Source: Candidatus Bathyarchaeota archaeon (GTDB lineage Archaea > Thermoproteota > Bathyarchaeia > Bathyarchaeales > DTEX01). From it: 64,000 nt of DNA. The stretch is from positions 63,844 through 127,843 of the forward strand of contig JAGTQF010000001.1 in the NCBI GenBank assembly GCA_018396655.1, written 5' to 3'. Under the pieces are notes generated by a model, which made no database searches, was not told the DNA's origin, and saw nothing but the letters and a program-made list of their open reading frames with translations. A program made the translations under genes and the position numbers. Positions 55,641 through 64,000 of this stretch are shown here, piece by piece. The stretch's first letter is position 1, and every line of letters begins with the position of its first letter.

Positions 55641-56441
55641 TTATATTCCGGATAACAATTTCCTTAGTTCTTCACCATTCTTTTTCCACCAATTGAAAAG
55701 TATCCTTAGGTCTACGCCTATATTGAAGTTTCGAACCCCCATCTCAATATACCTCTTAGCCTCCTCGGGGCTTCCAATCTCAGCTCTTGGTGCAACATCC
55801 ATTTTTAGGGCCGTCTTAATAGTCTTCTCCTCAGCCTCTCTAACCTTAGGGTGGTTTATCTCGCCTGGAACACCTATACTTATGGAGTAGTCGACCGGGC
55901 CGAACTGCACCATATCAATACCCTCAACTGATAAAATCTCTTCGAGGTTTTCAACGGCGGATTTTCTCTCAATCATCAATGCAACCACAGCGTCCTCACA
56001 AATCTTTACAATATCTGCTGGTGATGCTATGGCACCTATATACCCAACCCTCCTATCCATTCTATAGCCGTTAACACCCTTAGGCTCAACCCTAACTGCT
56101 CTAACAGCCTCCTCAGCATCCCTAACATCCATTATATCAGCGAAGAGAATATTCTGTATGCCAGCTGCCAGAGCTCTCTCGGCCAAATAAACCCTAGGTT
56201 GCTGGTCAATTTTTATCATCGTTGAGAGCCCGGTCAACTCAGCAGCCCTAGCAATATTATCCAAATCATGGAGGCTGTAGGGTCCATACTCGCTTAGAAA
56301 CTCAACATAATCATAAATCCCAGTATAGCCTATAACCTCAACCAGCCCAGGCCACGGGCAGATTATTCTTGTCCCTAGCGTTGGCTCACCCCTCCTTAAG
56401 AGCTCCCTAAGCCTATTAACCCTCAGACGAATCCCTCCCAC
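55641..56441 (-). CDS. HpcH/HpaI-family aldolase / citrate-lyase-beta-like TIM-barrel protein
   Basis: 266 aa. The N-terminal NRLRELLRRGEPTLGT, the DYVEF..E acidic cluster and the later FGPVDYSISIG are consistent with the HpcH/HpaI fold. Confidence 0.65.
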   Translation of the reverse strand: MGGIRLRVNRLRELLRRGEPTLGTRIICPWPGLVEVIGYTGIYDYVEFLSEYGPYSLHDLDNIARAAELTGLSTMIKIDQQPRVYLAERALAAGIQNILFADIMDVRDAEEAVRAVRVEPKGVNGYRMDRRVGYIGAIASPADIVKICEDAVVALMIERKSAVENLEEILSVEGIDMVQFGPVDYSISIGVPGEINHPKVREAEEKTIKTALKMDVAPRAEIGSPEEAKRYIEMGVRNFNIGVDLRILFNWWKKNGEELRKLLSGI

Positions 56442-56528
56442 AATCCTTATACAGTTTCTCCAGAAGACCTATAAAGTTTAATGCTGAAGAAAAAAGAATA
56501 TAATGTGCGATTTTAGAGTGAAGAGAGC

Positions 56529-56942
56529 ATGACCAGAAAGGCATTCATATCCGGACCAATTCAGGGCATGGAAGAAAAGCAGGGCTACAGGAATAGAATT
56601 AGCAGTATTCTAAGGAAATATGGCTACGAGCCAATAGACCCTTGGAAACGCGAGAAGATTCTTTATCGCGGTCCACCGGAGGATTGGTGGAGCCACGTTC
56701 CATCAGAAGATTTCATTAGAAGAGACTTAGAGGATATTGAGCGATGTGATATTCTAATCGCATATCTGCCTAAGCTCTCAGCTGGAACATGTATGGAGCT
56801 ATTTTATGCGAAACTTAAGGGAAAGAAAACCGTAACTATTTGTGGGCTTAAAAATCCAAGCCCATGGATTGTAAAGCACTCAGACATAATCGTTAGAAAT
56901 ATTAGGGAGTTTGAGGCGCTCCTGAAGGAGGGGCACATTTAA
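56529..56942 (+). CDS. nucleoside 2-deoxyribosyltransferase-like protein
   Basis: 137 aa. AFISGPIQG...DLEDIERCDILIAYLPKLSAGTCMELFYAKLKGKKTV shows the Rossmann-like NDT-family pattern with the conserved Glu. Confidence 0.6.
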   Translation: MTRKAFISGPIQGMEEKQGYRNRISSILRKYGYEPIDPWKREKILYRGPPEDWWSHVPSEDFIRRDLEDIERCDILIAYLPKLSAGTCMELFYAKLKGKKTVTICGLKNPSPWIVKHSDIIVRNIREFEALLKEGHI

Positions 56943-56950
56943 TCACCCTT

Positions 56951-57232
56951 TTAGGTTTTCACTTCACTAGCAGCCACTTTCTCTAGGAAATCTGATATGG
57001 ACGAGGCCTTCACGAGGCTTTTAACAACAATCATCTTGCCCCTCAAAAGGTCGAAGAGTCTCTTCACCTCCCTCTCCTCCAACTTCGCCACATTTATGAA
57101 TATCATAGAGGAGAAATACTGCGCAAATAGATATGGATCTCTGCGTATAACAAATGGGCTTTGCTCAGCAACAAGCCTAAATGTTCCAACATCATCAACC
57201 TCAATAAACTCCTGAACCATTAGGTCAATCAC
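56951..57232 (-). CDS. hypothetical protein
   Basis: 93-aa ORF filling an otherwise empty interval. It is preferred over its antisense partner, but nothing is recognised in it. Confidence 0.4.
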   Translation of the reverse strand: MIDLMVQEFIEVDDVGTFRLVAEQSPFVIRRDPYLFAQYFSSMIFINVAKLEEREVKRLFDLLRGKMIVVKSLVKASSISDFLEKVAASEVKT

Positions 57233-57320
57233 CTCAAATTAATCTATAAAGCCCGAAACAGATAATATCTTTTTAGTCCAGTTAGTCCAGCTAAAACCCA
57301 CAAAGCAGGTTTTACTCTAA

Positions 57321-58361
57321 TTATTTCTGCTCTTTAATTTCCCTCAAATGCTCCTCAAGAATAGCCCTAAGCATCTCATGCTCACTCGATTGCTTCACTA
57401 TGCCGCCCTCCTTAATAATTCTCTTAATCTCATTCGGGTTAGCATACGGCAAACCGTCAATCCATCTAATGCTCACCTTGTCAGCTGGGATAACTGGCAC
57501 GTGGTATCTCTCAAAAACCTCAAGGGCTTCGTGTGCCATCAAGCCTCTTAGAATTATTGCTCTAACACCCCTCTTAGCAAGCCTCTCAGCCGTTGTCCTT
57601 CCGCCACCGCTTGGGTCTAGAATGAAAACTATATCGCCCACTTTAATGCCATACAATCTGAATGCCTTATCCAAACCCTCTCGGGTGAAAGCCTCTATAG
57701 GTTTAAGGAGCGTTAATCCCTCCCTAGACTCTAAATCACCTATTTGCTGGAGCTGATTAATCGTCCGCTTATAAATCTCAATTTGCGCTTCAAGCTCGGA
57801 AATTCTATTTCTAAGAGAGTTTATCTCCTCAACTAGGCGTTGATATTCCCTCTCACGCCTTATTTGGGCTATCTGCTCGCTGCGGCTCTTCTCAAGGGCT
57901 TCCCTCAAACCTTTGATTTCAACCTCTAAATCCCTTATCTTCAGCTGTAGTTCCCTGTTTACAGCCCTTAACCGCATGACTTTCTCTCTCTCAAGCATAA
58001 GCTTATTGGTTAATTCCTCAATAATCTCCCTCATCCGCTCCTCACGGTTTGATGCGCTTAAAATGACTGCTGGCTCTCCGGGAACTCTCAGCTCCTTAAG
58101 GGTCTTTATAGCCCTCGTTATACTATAGCCTCGAATAACCAAGTCTTTAACATCATCGGGGAATAAGTCTTCGTTAGCCCTCTTGAGCCTCTCATCAACC
58201 TGCTCAAGCTTATTCTTATAATGCTGGTAAGCTTTTATTGCAGCCGCCAAGGCATCAATCTCATGTGCATTCTCAACCTTAATTCCATAGCGCTCCACAT
58301 ATGCCTGAGCCAATTTATGCTTCTCCTCAGAGCCCATAGAAATTATAGGCTCGAAGAGCAC
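57321..58361 (-). CDS. DUF460-family protein (RNase H/RuvC-like nuclease fold plus coiled coil); the N-terminal domain continues upstream without a canonical start
   Basis: The 346-aa ORF-track call starts at a GTG. The same frame stays open to 58619 and encodes KRLIVGVDPGLNCGLAILTLDGKPILVESHRGWSLAKILERII, an RNase-H-fold N-terminus typical of DUF460. A central coiled coil follows. Confidence 0.65.
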   Translation of the reverse strand: MLFEPIISMGSEEKHKLAQAYVERYGIKVENAHEIDALAAAIKAYQHYKNKLEQVDERLKRANEDLFPDDVKDLVIRGYSITRAIKTLKELRVPGEPAVILSASNREERMREIIEELTNKLMLEREKVMRLRAVNRELQLKIRDLEVEIKGLREALEKSRSEQIAQIRREREYQRLVEEINSLRNRISELEAQIEIYKRTINQLQQIGDLESREGLTLLKPIEAFTREGLDKAFRLYGIKVGDIVFILDPSGGGRTTAERLAKRGVRAIILRGLMAHEALEVFERYHVPVIPADKVSIRWIDGLPYANPNEIKRIIKEGGIVKQSSEHEMLRAILEEHLREIKEQK

Positions 58362-58896
58362 GGCATTAAGCTTCTTCGAGAGCCTCCTGAGGAGTTCAGG
58401 GGCCGGCGAGACATCGCTCGAAATTATCGTGGGTTTTCCAACACTAATAATCCGCTCCAGAATCTTGGCGAGAGACCAACCTCTATGGCTCTCAACGAGA
58501 ATAGGTTTACCATCAAGCGTTAAAATGGCTAGACCGCAATTAAGCCCTGGGTCGACGCCAACAATTAGTCTCTTCGTTCCGCAACCCCCTACACTTAAAA
58601 ATTGAGCAAGACGATATACTTAAATTAATCCTCGGATATCCACAAGAAGCCGCTCAACATAATCAACCAAAGAATTTCATCTCACCTCCATAAAATATAC
58701 TAAAGTATACTGCGTGAATGATAAAAGAAAGATAGTTTAATATAAACATGTTATAATAAATTTATAATAAATCTAACTAAGTGTTAATGGGGTGGGTTAA
58801 ACGTACCCGCCATGCGAAGCGATAGGCCGATATCTACTGCCAATATTCAGGTCTTACATAGCTAAGGAGCTTGTTGAGAGATACAAGTTCACGCAG

Positions 58897-59136
58897 GTGG
58901 AGGCTGCCGAAAAACTTGGAACAACTCAGGCTGCCATAAGTCAATATTTGCGTTTAAAGCGTGGGCATAAGAGTCTAGAACAATTTGCCGATTTTCTTCC
59001 AATAATACAGTCAGCTGCTGGCGATGTTGCGCGGAAGATAGCATTCGGAGAGGTTAGCTCAGAGAAGATGGCGCTGAAATTTTGCGAGCTATGTTTGCTG
59101 ATACAAAAGAGAAAGCTCTCGGCGGGTGGAATTTAA
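58897..59136 (+). CDS. HTH transcriptional regulator (COG2522-like); the conserved N-terminus lies upstream of the called GTG start
   Basis: HTH segment VEAAEKLGTTQAAISQYL. The same frame is open from 58801 and encodes PPCEAIGRYLLPIFRSYIAKELVERYKFTQ, which belongs to the family domain. Confidence 0.6.
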   Translation: MEAAEKLGTTQAAISQYLRLKRGHKSLEQFADFLPIIQSAAGDVARKIAFGEVSSEKMALKFCELCLLIQKRKLSAGGI

Positions 59137-59248
59137 TATTTTACGTTTTTCGTAATTATTTATCGATTTAAGTAAAACTTATATATGACTCCCGATACTA
59201 TATGGGGGCTAGTGAAGTATAAAACAATAAGGGCTCAGAGGAGATTAG

Positions 59249-61192
59249 ATGGTTCAAAGGATGGAAGCTAAAGAGGAGAAGGAAAGAATGCATAGAATCT
59301 GGAGGACAAATAGATATCTGGAGACATTAAAGAGTAGGATGGATAAAGAGAACTTTGAGAAACTATGCGCCATCCCCAATCCCGAGGTTCACCGCTTCAT
59401 CGCCGAAGCAGCCGAACTCTGCAACCCAAAAAATATATTCATATGCAGCGACACCCCCGATGAGATAGCATATATCAAACATATGGCCATTGCCAGCGGC
59501 GAGGAATGCGCCGCACTAGCAATGCCAGGACACACCTACCACTTCGACGGATACTATGATCAGGGTAGGGATCGTGAGGCAACTAAATTCCTTGTTCCTA
59601 AGGGTGATCGCTTAAGCCCGGCGTTAAAGCAGATTGATAGGGACGAGGGGCTAAAGGAGATTTTTGATCTGCTTAGGGGTTCAATGAGTGGGCGCACGAT
59701 GATTGTGAGATTTTTGATTTTGGGCCCGGCCAACTCTGTGTTTACGATTCCGTGTATGGAGTGCACTGATTCTTGGTATGTGGCTCACTCGGTCAGCCTA
59801 CTCTATAGGTGTGGCTATGAGACCTTTCTTAATATGAACGATGATACGGAGTTCTTTAAGACGCTACATTCCTCCGGGAAGCTGGATGAGAGGATGATAA
59901 GCGTAGATTACGAGAAGAAGCGCATATACATTGACTATGTAACGAACACCGTTTACAGTGTTAATACGCAATACGCTGGGAACTCTGTGGGCTTTAAGAA
60001 GCTTGCGCTCCGACTGGCAATACGTAAAGCCCATCGGGAGGGATGGCTTGCAGAGCACTTCATGATAATGGGGGTTCATGGTCCGGGAGGAAGAAAAACA
60101 TATGTTGCCGGAGCCTTCCCAAGTGCATGTGGAAAAACCTCGACGGCTATGCTTCCCGGCGAAACCATACTCGCCGATGACATAGCGTATGTTCGCAATA
60201 TTGATGGGGTTTGCCGCGCGGTTAATGCTGAAGCGGGCGTCTTTGGCATTCTTAAGGATATTAATCCCGTAAACGACCCGCTACTTTATAGTGTTCTAAC
60301 GAGTCCAGGTGAGATAGTGTTCTCTAATGTTCTAGTTAAGGATGCTAAGCCATGGTGGCTTGGTATGGGATGTGACCTTCCAAGCGAGGGAATAAACTTC
60401 TCTGGAAAATGGTTTAAAGGTAAGATAGGGCCGGATGGTAAGGAGATACCGCCGGCAAGCGAGAATGCCCGTTACATGATATCTATAAAGGCTCTGCCAA
60501 ACTGCGACCCGGAGGTGGATAATCCTCTGGGTGTGGAGTTGGGCGCGATAATATATGGGGGCCGAGATTATAGGGCTTATGTGCCTATACAGCAAGCCTT
60601 TAGTTGGGAGCATGGCGTAGTTGCCTATGGAGCGGCATTAGAAACCGAGACCACATTCGCCATAACTGAGGAGAAGGGCAAATATGAGATAAATGTTATG
60701 AGCATCCAGGACTTCGTTTCAATACCGCTTGGACAATATATAGGAAACTATATTGAGTTTGGTAGGCGGCTCAAGAAGCAGCCCTTAATCTTTGGAGCAA
60801 ACTACTTCCTACGTGACTTAAAGACTGGGGAGTTTCTTAATAGCCGTCGTGATAAGCATGTTTGGGTAAAGTGGATAGACCTCCGGGTCCATAATGATGT
60901 GGGTGCAATAAGAACCCCAACCGGTCTTATACCAAAATACGAAGACTTGGCCAGATTATTTGAGCGGGTCCTCGATAGGGAATATAAATGGGAAGATTAC
61001 GTAAGACAGTTCACTATACGTGTTCCAGAGAATCTCCGTAAGATTGAGCGTGTCAAAGAGTTCTGGACAACAAAAGTTGATGATGCACCGGAGTTTCTTT
61101 TCCAAATATTAGATGAGCAGGCTGAGCGGTTAATTAAGGCTAGGGAGCGATTCGGCGACTACATACCACCAGACAAATTCGAGGAAGAATAA
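59249..61192 (+). CDS. pckG: phosphoenolpyruvate carboxykinase (GTP)
   Basis: 647 aa. The GTP-PEPCK kinase-1a motif is FPSACGKTS, and the protein is collinear with GTP-dependent PEPCKs. Confidence 0.9.
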   Translation: MVQRMEAKEEKERMHRIWRTNRYLETLKSRMDKENFEKLCAIPNPEVHRFIAEAAELCNPKNIFICSDTPDEIAYIKHMAIASGEECAALAMPGHTYHFDGYYDQGRDREATKFLVPKGDRLSPALKQIDRDEGLKEIFDLLRGSMSGRTMIVRFLILGPANSVFTIPCMECTDSWYVAHSVSLLYRCGYETFLNMNDDTEFFKTLHSSGKLDERMISVDYEKKRIYIDYVTNTVYSVNTQYAGNSVGFKKLALRLAIRKAHREGWLAEHFMIMGVHGPGGRKTYVAGAFPSACGKTSTAMLPGETILADDIAYVRNIDGVCRAVNAEAGVFGILKDINPVNDPLLYSVLTSPGEIVFSNVLVKDAKPWWLGMGCDLPSEGINFSGKWFKGKIGPDGKEIPPASENARYMISIKALPNCDPEVDNPLGVELGAIIYGGRDYRAYVPIQQAFSWEHGVVAYGAALETETTFAITEEKGKYEINVMSIQDFVSIPLGQYIGNYIEFGRRLKKQPLIFGANYFLRDLKTGEFLNSRRDKHVWVKWIDLRVHNDVGAIRTPTGLIPKYEDLARLFERVLDREYKWEDYVRQFTIRVPENLRKIERVKEFWTTKVDDAPEFLFQILDEQAERLIKARERFGDYIPPDKFEEE

Positions 61193-61262
61193 AGATAACG
61201 GCCAATCATTAAAGGTAAACTTTTAATTATCCTAAAACTCAGTCTTTAATGGGGATTCAGAG

Positions 61263-61529
61263 TTGAGCAAACTGATTTTCACATTAATACTTAATGAGGT
61301 TTTAAGCAGAAACAGAATAAAGTTCAGTCTGAGCGAGAAGGAGAAAGACCAGCTTTACATGGAGATACTAAACCATTTTGGGTTGGCTGGCGGATTGAAT
61401 GTTTGTGAGGCTCTTGAGAGAGCATGGCAAGACCCATACAATAAGGGTGAGATTGAGGATTTTATAATCGCGTGGCTTAGGAGAAGAATGAAGAGAGTGG
61501 CAAGTGAAAGCCAAACTGGAATAATCTAA
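61263..61529 (+). CDS. hypothetical protein
   Basis: 88-aa ORF with no recognised motif. Confidence 0.35.
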   Translation: MSKLIFTLILNEVLSRNRIKFSLSEKEKDQLYMEILNHFGLAGGLNVCEALERAWQDPYNKGEIEDFIIAWLRRRMKRVASESQTGII

Positions 61530-61611
61530 ACGCCTCACATACGAGCGGCCATGCTCTAATCTCTAGACTAAAATAATCCATTTTCTAAATTGTATATTAG
61601 GGTGAAAGGAT

Positions 61612-62346
61612 TTGAGGGCTAAAATTGGATGGCTCCTTAGAAGGCTCTTAGCTTTTCTACTCGCCTTAATGAACATCATTCCACAGGTGACTGTTATTAT
61701 CAATCCCCTTCTCTTCATAATGTTTCTTCCAGTTGGATTATATGCCATTTTATCCTGGCATTGGATAGCGCTTAAAGATATACCGGACCCATTCCATCCA
61801 GGCGAGAGCCTATATTGGCTAACATATGCCATAAAAGTTGATAAAGAAAACCCCCTCTTTCCATCTCTATTTAGGTGGGGGATTATAGATTCACTACTCT
61901 TAATCACAGGCTCAGCGATTTTTCTGGCAGCCTTCATCTCTTGGCTGATAAATTTGAGGAGAGATAGAGAACTGCTTACTTGTGGAATTTATGGTTTCGT
62001 TAGACATCCACAATATTTGGGGATAATATTATTGTCCCTTGGGGTGACCATAAGGTCTCTCAGACCCATCTCATTTATCGCATGGATAACATTACTGTTT
62101 GGATATCTGGTCTTGGCAAGTCTGGAGGAAAGAAATCTGATTAGGGTTTATGGGCAGAGGTATGAAGAGTATGCTAGGAGAGTCCCATTTATAATACCCT
62201 ACTTAAAATTTAATGTTCCAGGGTGTCTCTCTCCAGGAAAACCCTACAGATACATTATTTTTGGTTTTGCATGGATAATTCTAATTATAGCCATTATGGT
62301 TGGAATGAGGGACATGGTTTTCGCATTAAGAGGCATAACATACTAG
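61612..62346 (+). CDS. ICMT/PEMT-family membrane methyltransferase
   Basis: 244 aa, polytopic. GIYGFVRHPQYLGIILL...LEERNLIRVYGQRYEEYARRVP is the isoprenylcysteine carboxyl / phospholipid methyltransferase signature. Confidence 0.75.
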   Translation: MRAKIGWLLRRLLAFLLALMNIIPQVTVIINPLLFIMFLPVGLYAILSWHWIALKDIPDPFHPGESLYWLTYAIKVDKENPLFPSLFRWGIIDSLLLITGSAIFLAAFISWLINLRRDRELLTCGIYGFVRHPQYLGIILLSLGVTIRSLRPISFIAWITLLFGYLVLASLEERNLIRVYGQRYEEYARRVPFIIPYLKFNVPGCLSPGKPYRYIIFGFAWIILIIAIMVGMRDMVFALRGITY

Positions 62347-62369
62347 ATTGGAAGGCTGGAGGCCCCCGG

Positions 62370-63410
62370 TTATATTTCGTCAATTTTTATTTCTCTCTCA
62401 AGCTTAGCCGACTTATAGGCCATATCGATTATCTGCATGACTTTTAAGCCGTCCTCTCCGGGAGTTTTTGGCTGTTTGTCCTCTAAGCATGCGTTTACAA
62501 AATCCTCAACTAGGAGGTTTTGTATTGGACCTGCTGGTATGTCCAGATATGATGTAGCCATACATCTGCCATCTTCCTCACCGAAGTATGTGAATGGATT
62601 TAGCCTTAAACCCCCATCAGAACCGAATACTATTGCTTCTTGATAGGAGTTTATATTTGCAGCCCAGGCCGTCTCGAAGGAGATTGCTAAGCCCCCTTTA
62701 AATCTAACGAAGACCGAGGAATACTCCTCAACATCATATTTTGTTTCCAGCTTAAGTGGGCGGCCTACTCCCCTAAACATCATCGCGGTTGCGGAGATAG
62801 GTTGTATGTCGCCTAGAAGGTATAGCGCGAGGTCAATGTCATAGCAGCCTATATCGATTAATGCGCCGCCGCCAGCCTTGGATGAGTCAAGAAACCATTT
62901 AGACTCCTTCAGTATATCTATGCCAGGCCGCCCCCTCCAGCGGATGCTTGTGAACCTGGCATAATATATCCTGCCGAGCTTCCCCTCAGAAATATATCGC
63001 TTAGCCATCTCAGCCTGGGGCGTCAACCTTGACCTTGCGCTGCAAATTCCAAGTTTTACACCAGCCTTCCTGCATGCGCTAACCATTTCAGCGGCTTCTT
63101 TAGTGTTCATTGCCATGGGCTTCTCACATAAAACGTGTTTACCAGCAGATGCGGCGTTGCATGTTATCTCGGCGTGATTGAAAGGTGGTGTTGCGACGAT
63201 TACGGCATCTAAATCTTTTAGGGCTAGGAGGTCATGGTAGTCCCTGAAGCACTTTTTAATCTTGAATTGTTTGGCAGCAGTCTTCAGAGTCTCCTCATTT
63301 ATGTCCGCTATTGCTATGGCTTTTGCGTTCTTCTGGACCGTGAGGGCTTGTAGATGGGATTTACCTATAACCCCAACTCCAATAACACCAACATTTAATA
63401 TTCTGCCCAT
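62370..63410 (-). CDS. Gfo/Idh/MocA-family NAD(P)-dependent oxidoreductase
   Basis: 346 aa. The N-terminal Rossmann motif is LNVGVIGVGVIGKSHL, followed by EKPMA and a C-terminal alpha/beta dimerisation domain. Confidence 0.85.
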   Translation of the reverse strand: MGRILNVGVIGVGVIGKSHLQALTVQKNAKAIAIADINEETLKTAAKQFKIKKCFRDYHDLLALKDLDAVIVATPPFNHAEITCNAASAGKHVLCEKPMAMNTKEAAEMVSACRKAGVKLGICSARSRLTPQAEMAKRYISEGKLGRIYYARFTSIRWRGRPGIDILKESKWFLDSSKAGGGALIDIGCYDIDLALYLLGDIQPISATAMMFRGVGRPLKLETKYDVEEYSSVFVRFKGGLAISFETAWAANINSYQEAIVFGSDGGLRLNPFTYFGEEDGRCMATSYLDIPAGPIQNLLVEDFVNACLEDKQPKTPGEDGLKVMQIIDMAYKSAKLEREIKIDEI

Positions 63411-63493
63411 TTTAATCGCCGATTTCCTTTTTCGTCAAAAATAATATTTAATTCTTTGGGAACATTTACATGGGGAATGGATGGTGAACTCAT

Positions 63494-64000
63494 TTGGCGA
63501 AAATTAGAATTGCTCTACAGCTCTGGTCTGTTCGTGAGGATTGTGCTCGCAATCTGGAAAAAACTCTCGAGGCAGTGGTAGACATGGGTTATGAGGGAGT
63601 TGAATTCGCTGGGTATTATGGTCGAATGGCAAGCGAGCTGAGGAGGCTTCTCGATGATTTGGGGCTTGAGGTTGCTGGAACGCATATAGGCATAGAGACG
63701 CTAATGGGCGATAAGTTAAAGGAAACTATAGAGTTTAACCGCATACTGGAAAATAAGTTTCTTATAGTGCCGGGGCTTCCTCAGGAGATGAGGAGCTCTA
63801 AGGAGGCTTGGCTTAAAACTGCTAGGCTGTTTAATGAGATTGCCGATAGATTAAAGTCTGAAGGAATATATGTTGGCTACCACAATCATGTAATCGAATT
63901 TCAGCCCATAAATGGCGAGATACCATGGTTCATATTCTTTGACGCCACCAGGCCGGATGTCATTATGCAGCTGGATACTGGACATGCTATGCGTAGTGGA
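63494..64000 (+). CDS. sugar phosphate isomerase/epimerase (xylose-isomerase-like TIM barrel), 3'-truncated by the window edge
   Basis: Open frame from TTG 63494 to the window end: MAKIRIALQLWSVRED...GYEGVEFAGY...YVGYHNHVIEF...MQLDTGHA. It is not in the ORF track because no stop is reached. Confidence 0.7.
   Translation, partial: MAKIRIALQLWSVREDCARNLEKTLEAVVDMGYEGVEFAGYYGRMASELRRLLDDLGLEVAGTHIGIETLMGDKLKETIEFNRILENKFLIVPGLPQEMRSSKEAWLKTARLFNEIADRLKSEGIYVGYHNHVIEFQPINGEIPWFIFFDATRPDVIMQLDTGHAMRSG

Noticed and set aside
61563-61937. 124-aa reverse ORF overlapping the start of the ICMT-family gene.
   Set aside because: The plus-strand product has a clear membrane methyltransferase signature. 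The reverse ORF has none and largely overlaps it.
1-64000. CRISPR arrays, cas genes, IS elements, transposases, toxin-antitoxin pairs and known defence-system gene sets.
   Set aside because: A scan of all intergenic regions and all ORF translations showed no regularly spaced repeats and no recognisable members of these families. The HD phosphohydrolase, the nucleoside 2-deoxyribosyltransferase-like protein and the AAA-Lon fusion are not in a recognisable defence context.

Overview
This is a densely coding archaeal chromosomal segment with about 65 protein genes and 2 tRNA genes. I found no CRISPR array and no recognisable IS element, transposase or intact integrase. The archaeal origin is clear from the gene set: uS15, eL42 (L44e), eS27, aIF2-alpha, aIF2-gamma, aEF-1alpha, Nop10, PAC2-like and PAC4-like proteasome chaperones, a family-B DNA polymerase, archaeal DnaG, an Lhr-type helicase, a beta-CASP RNase, the AcnX and UbiD enzymes of the archaeal mevalonate route, and BpsA plus SpeH for branched polyamines. 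The proteins look TACK/Bathyarchaeia-like to me, but I cannot place the lineage without a database search. All functional calls come from motif recognition by eye on the supplied ORF translations; no search was run. Housekeeping blocks (about 22.4-44.9 kb and 50.9-61.2 kb) alternate with more accessory-looking blocks. The items most worth a second look are: (1) a corrinoid-dependent methyl-transfer locus at 10.0-16.6 kb, with three divergent MtaA/URO-D-family paralogs, one B12-binding protein and an embedded 733-aa transaldolase-fold protein of unknown role; (2) a three-gene unit at 46.4-50.8 kb encoding a tandem-AAA+ ATPase fused to a Lon-type protease plus two paralogous membrane proteins, next to an orphan CooC/CooT nickel-chaperone pair; (3) a family-B DNA polymerase with intact polymerase motifs but substituted 3'-5' exonuclease carboxylates; (4) a tRNA-Val that folds correctly only if two introns are removed, one of them in the variable region; (5) two divergent genes at 58.4-58.9 kb whose conserved N-terminal domains lie upstream of any in-frame canonical start codon.
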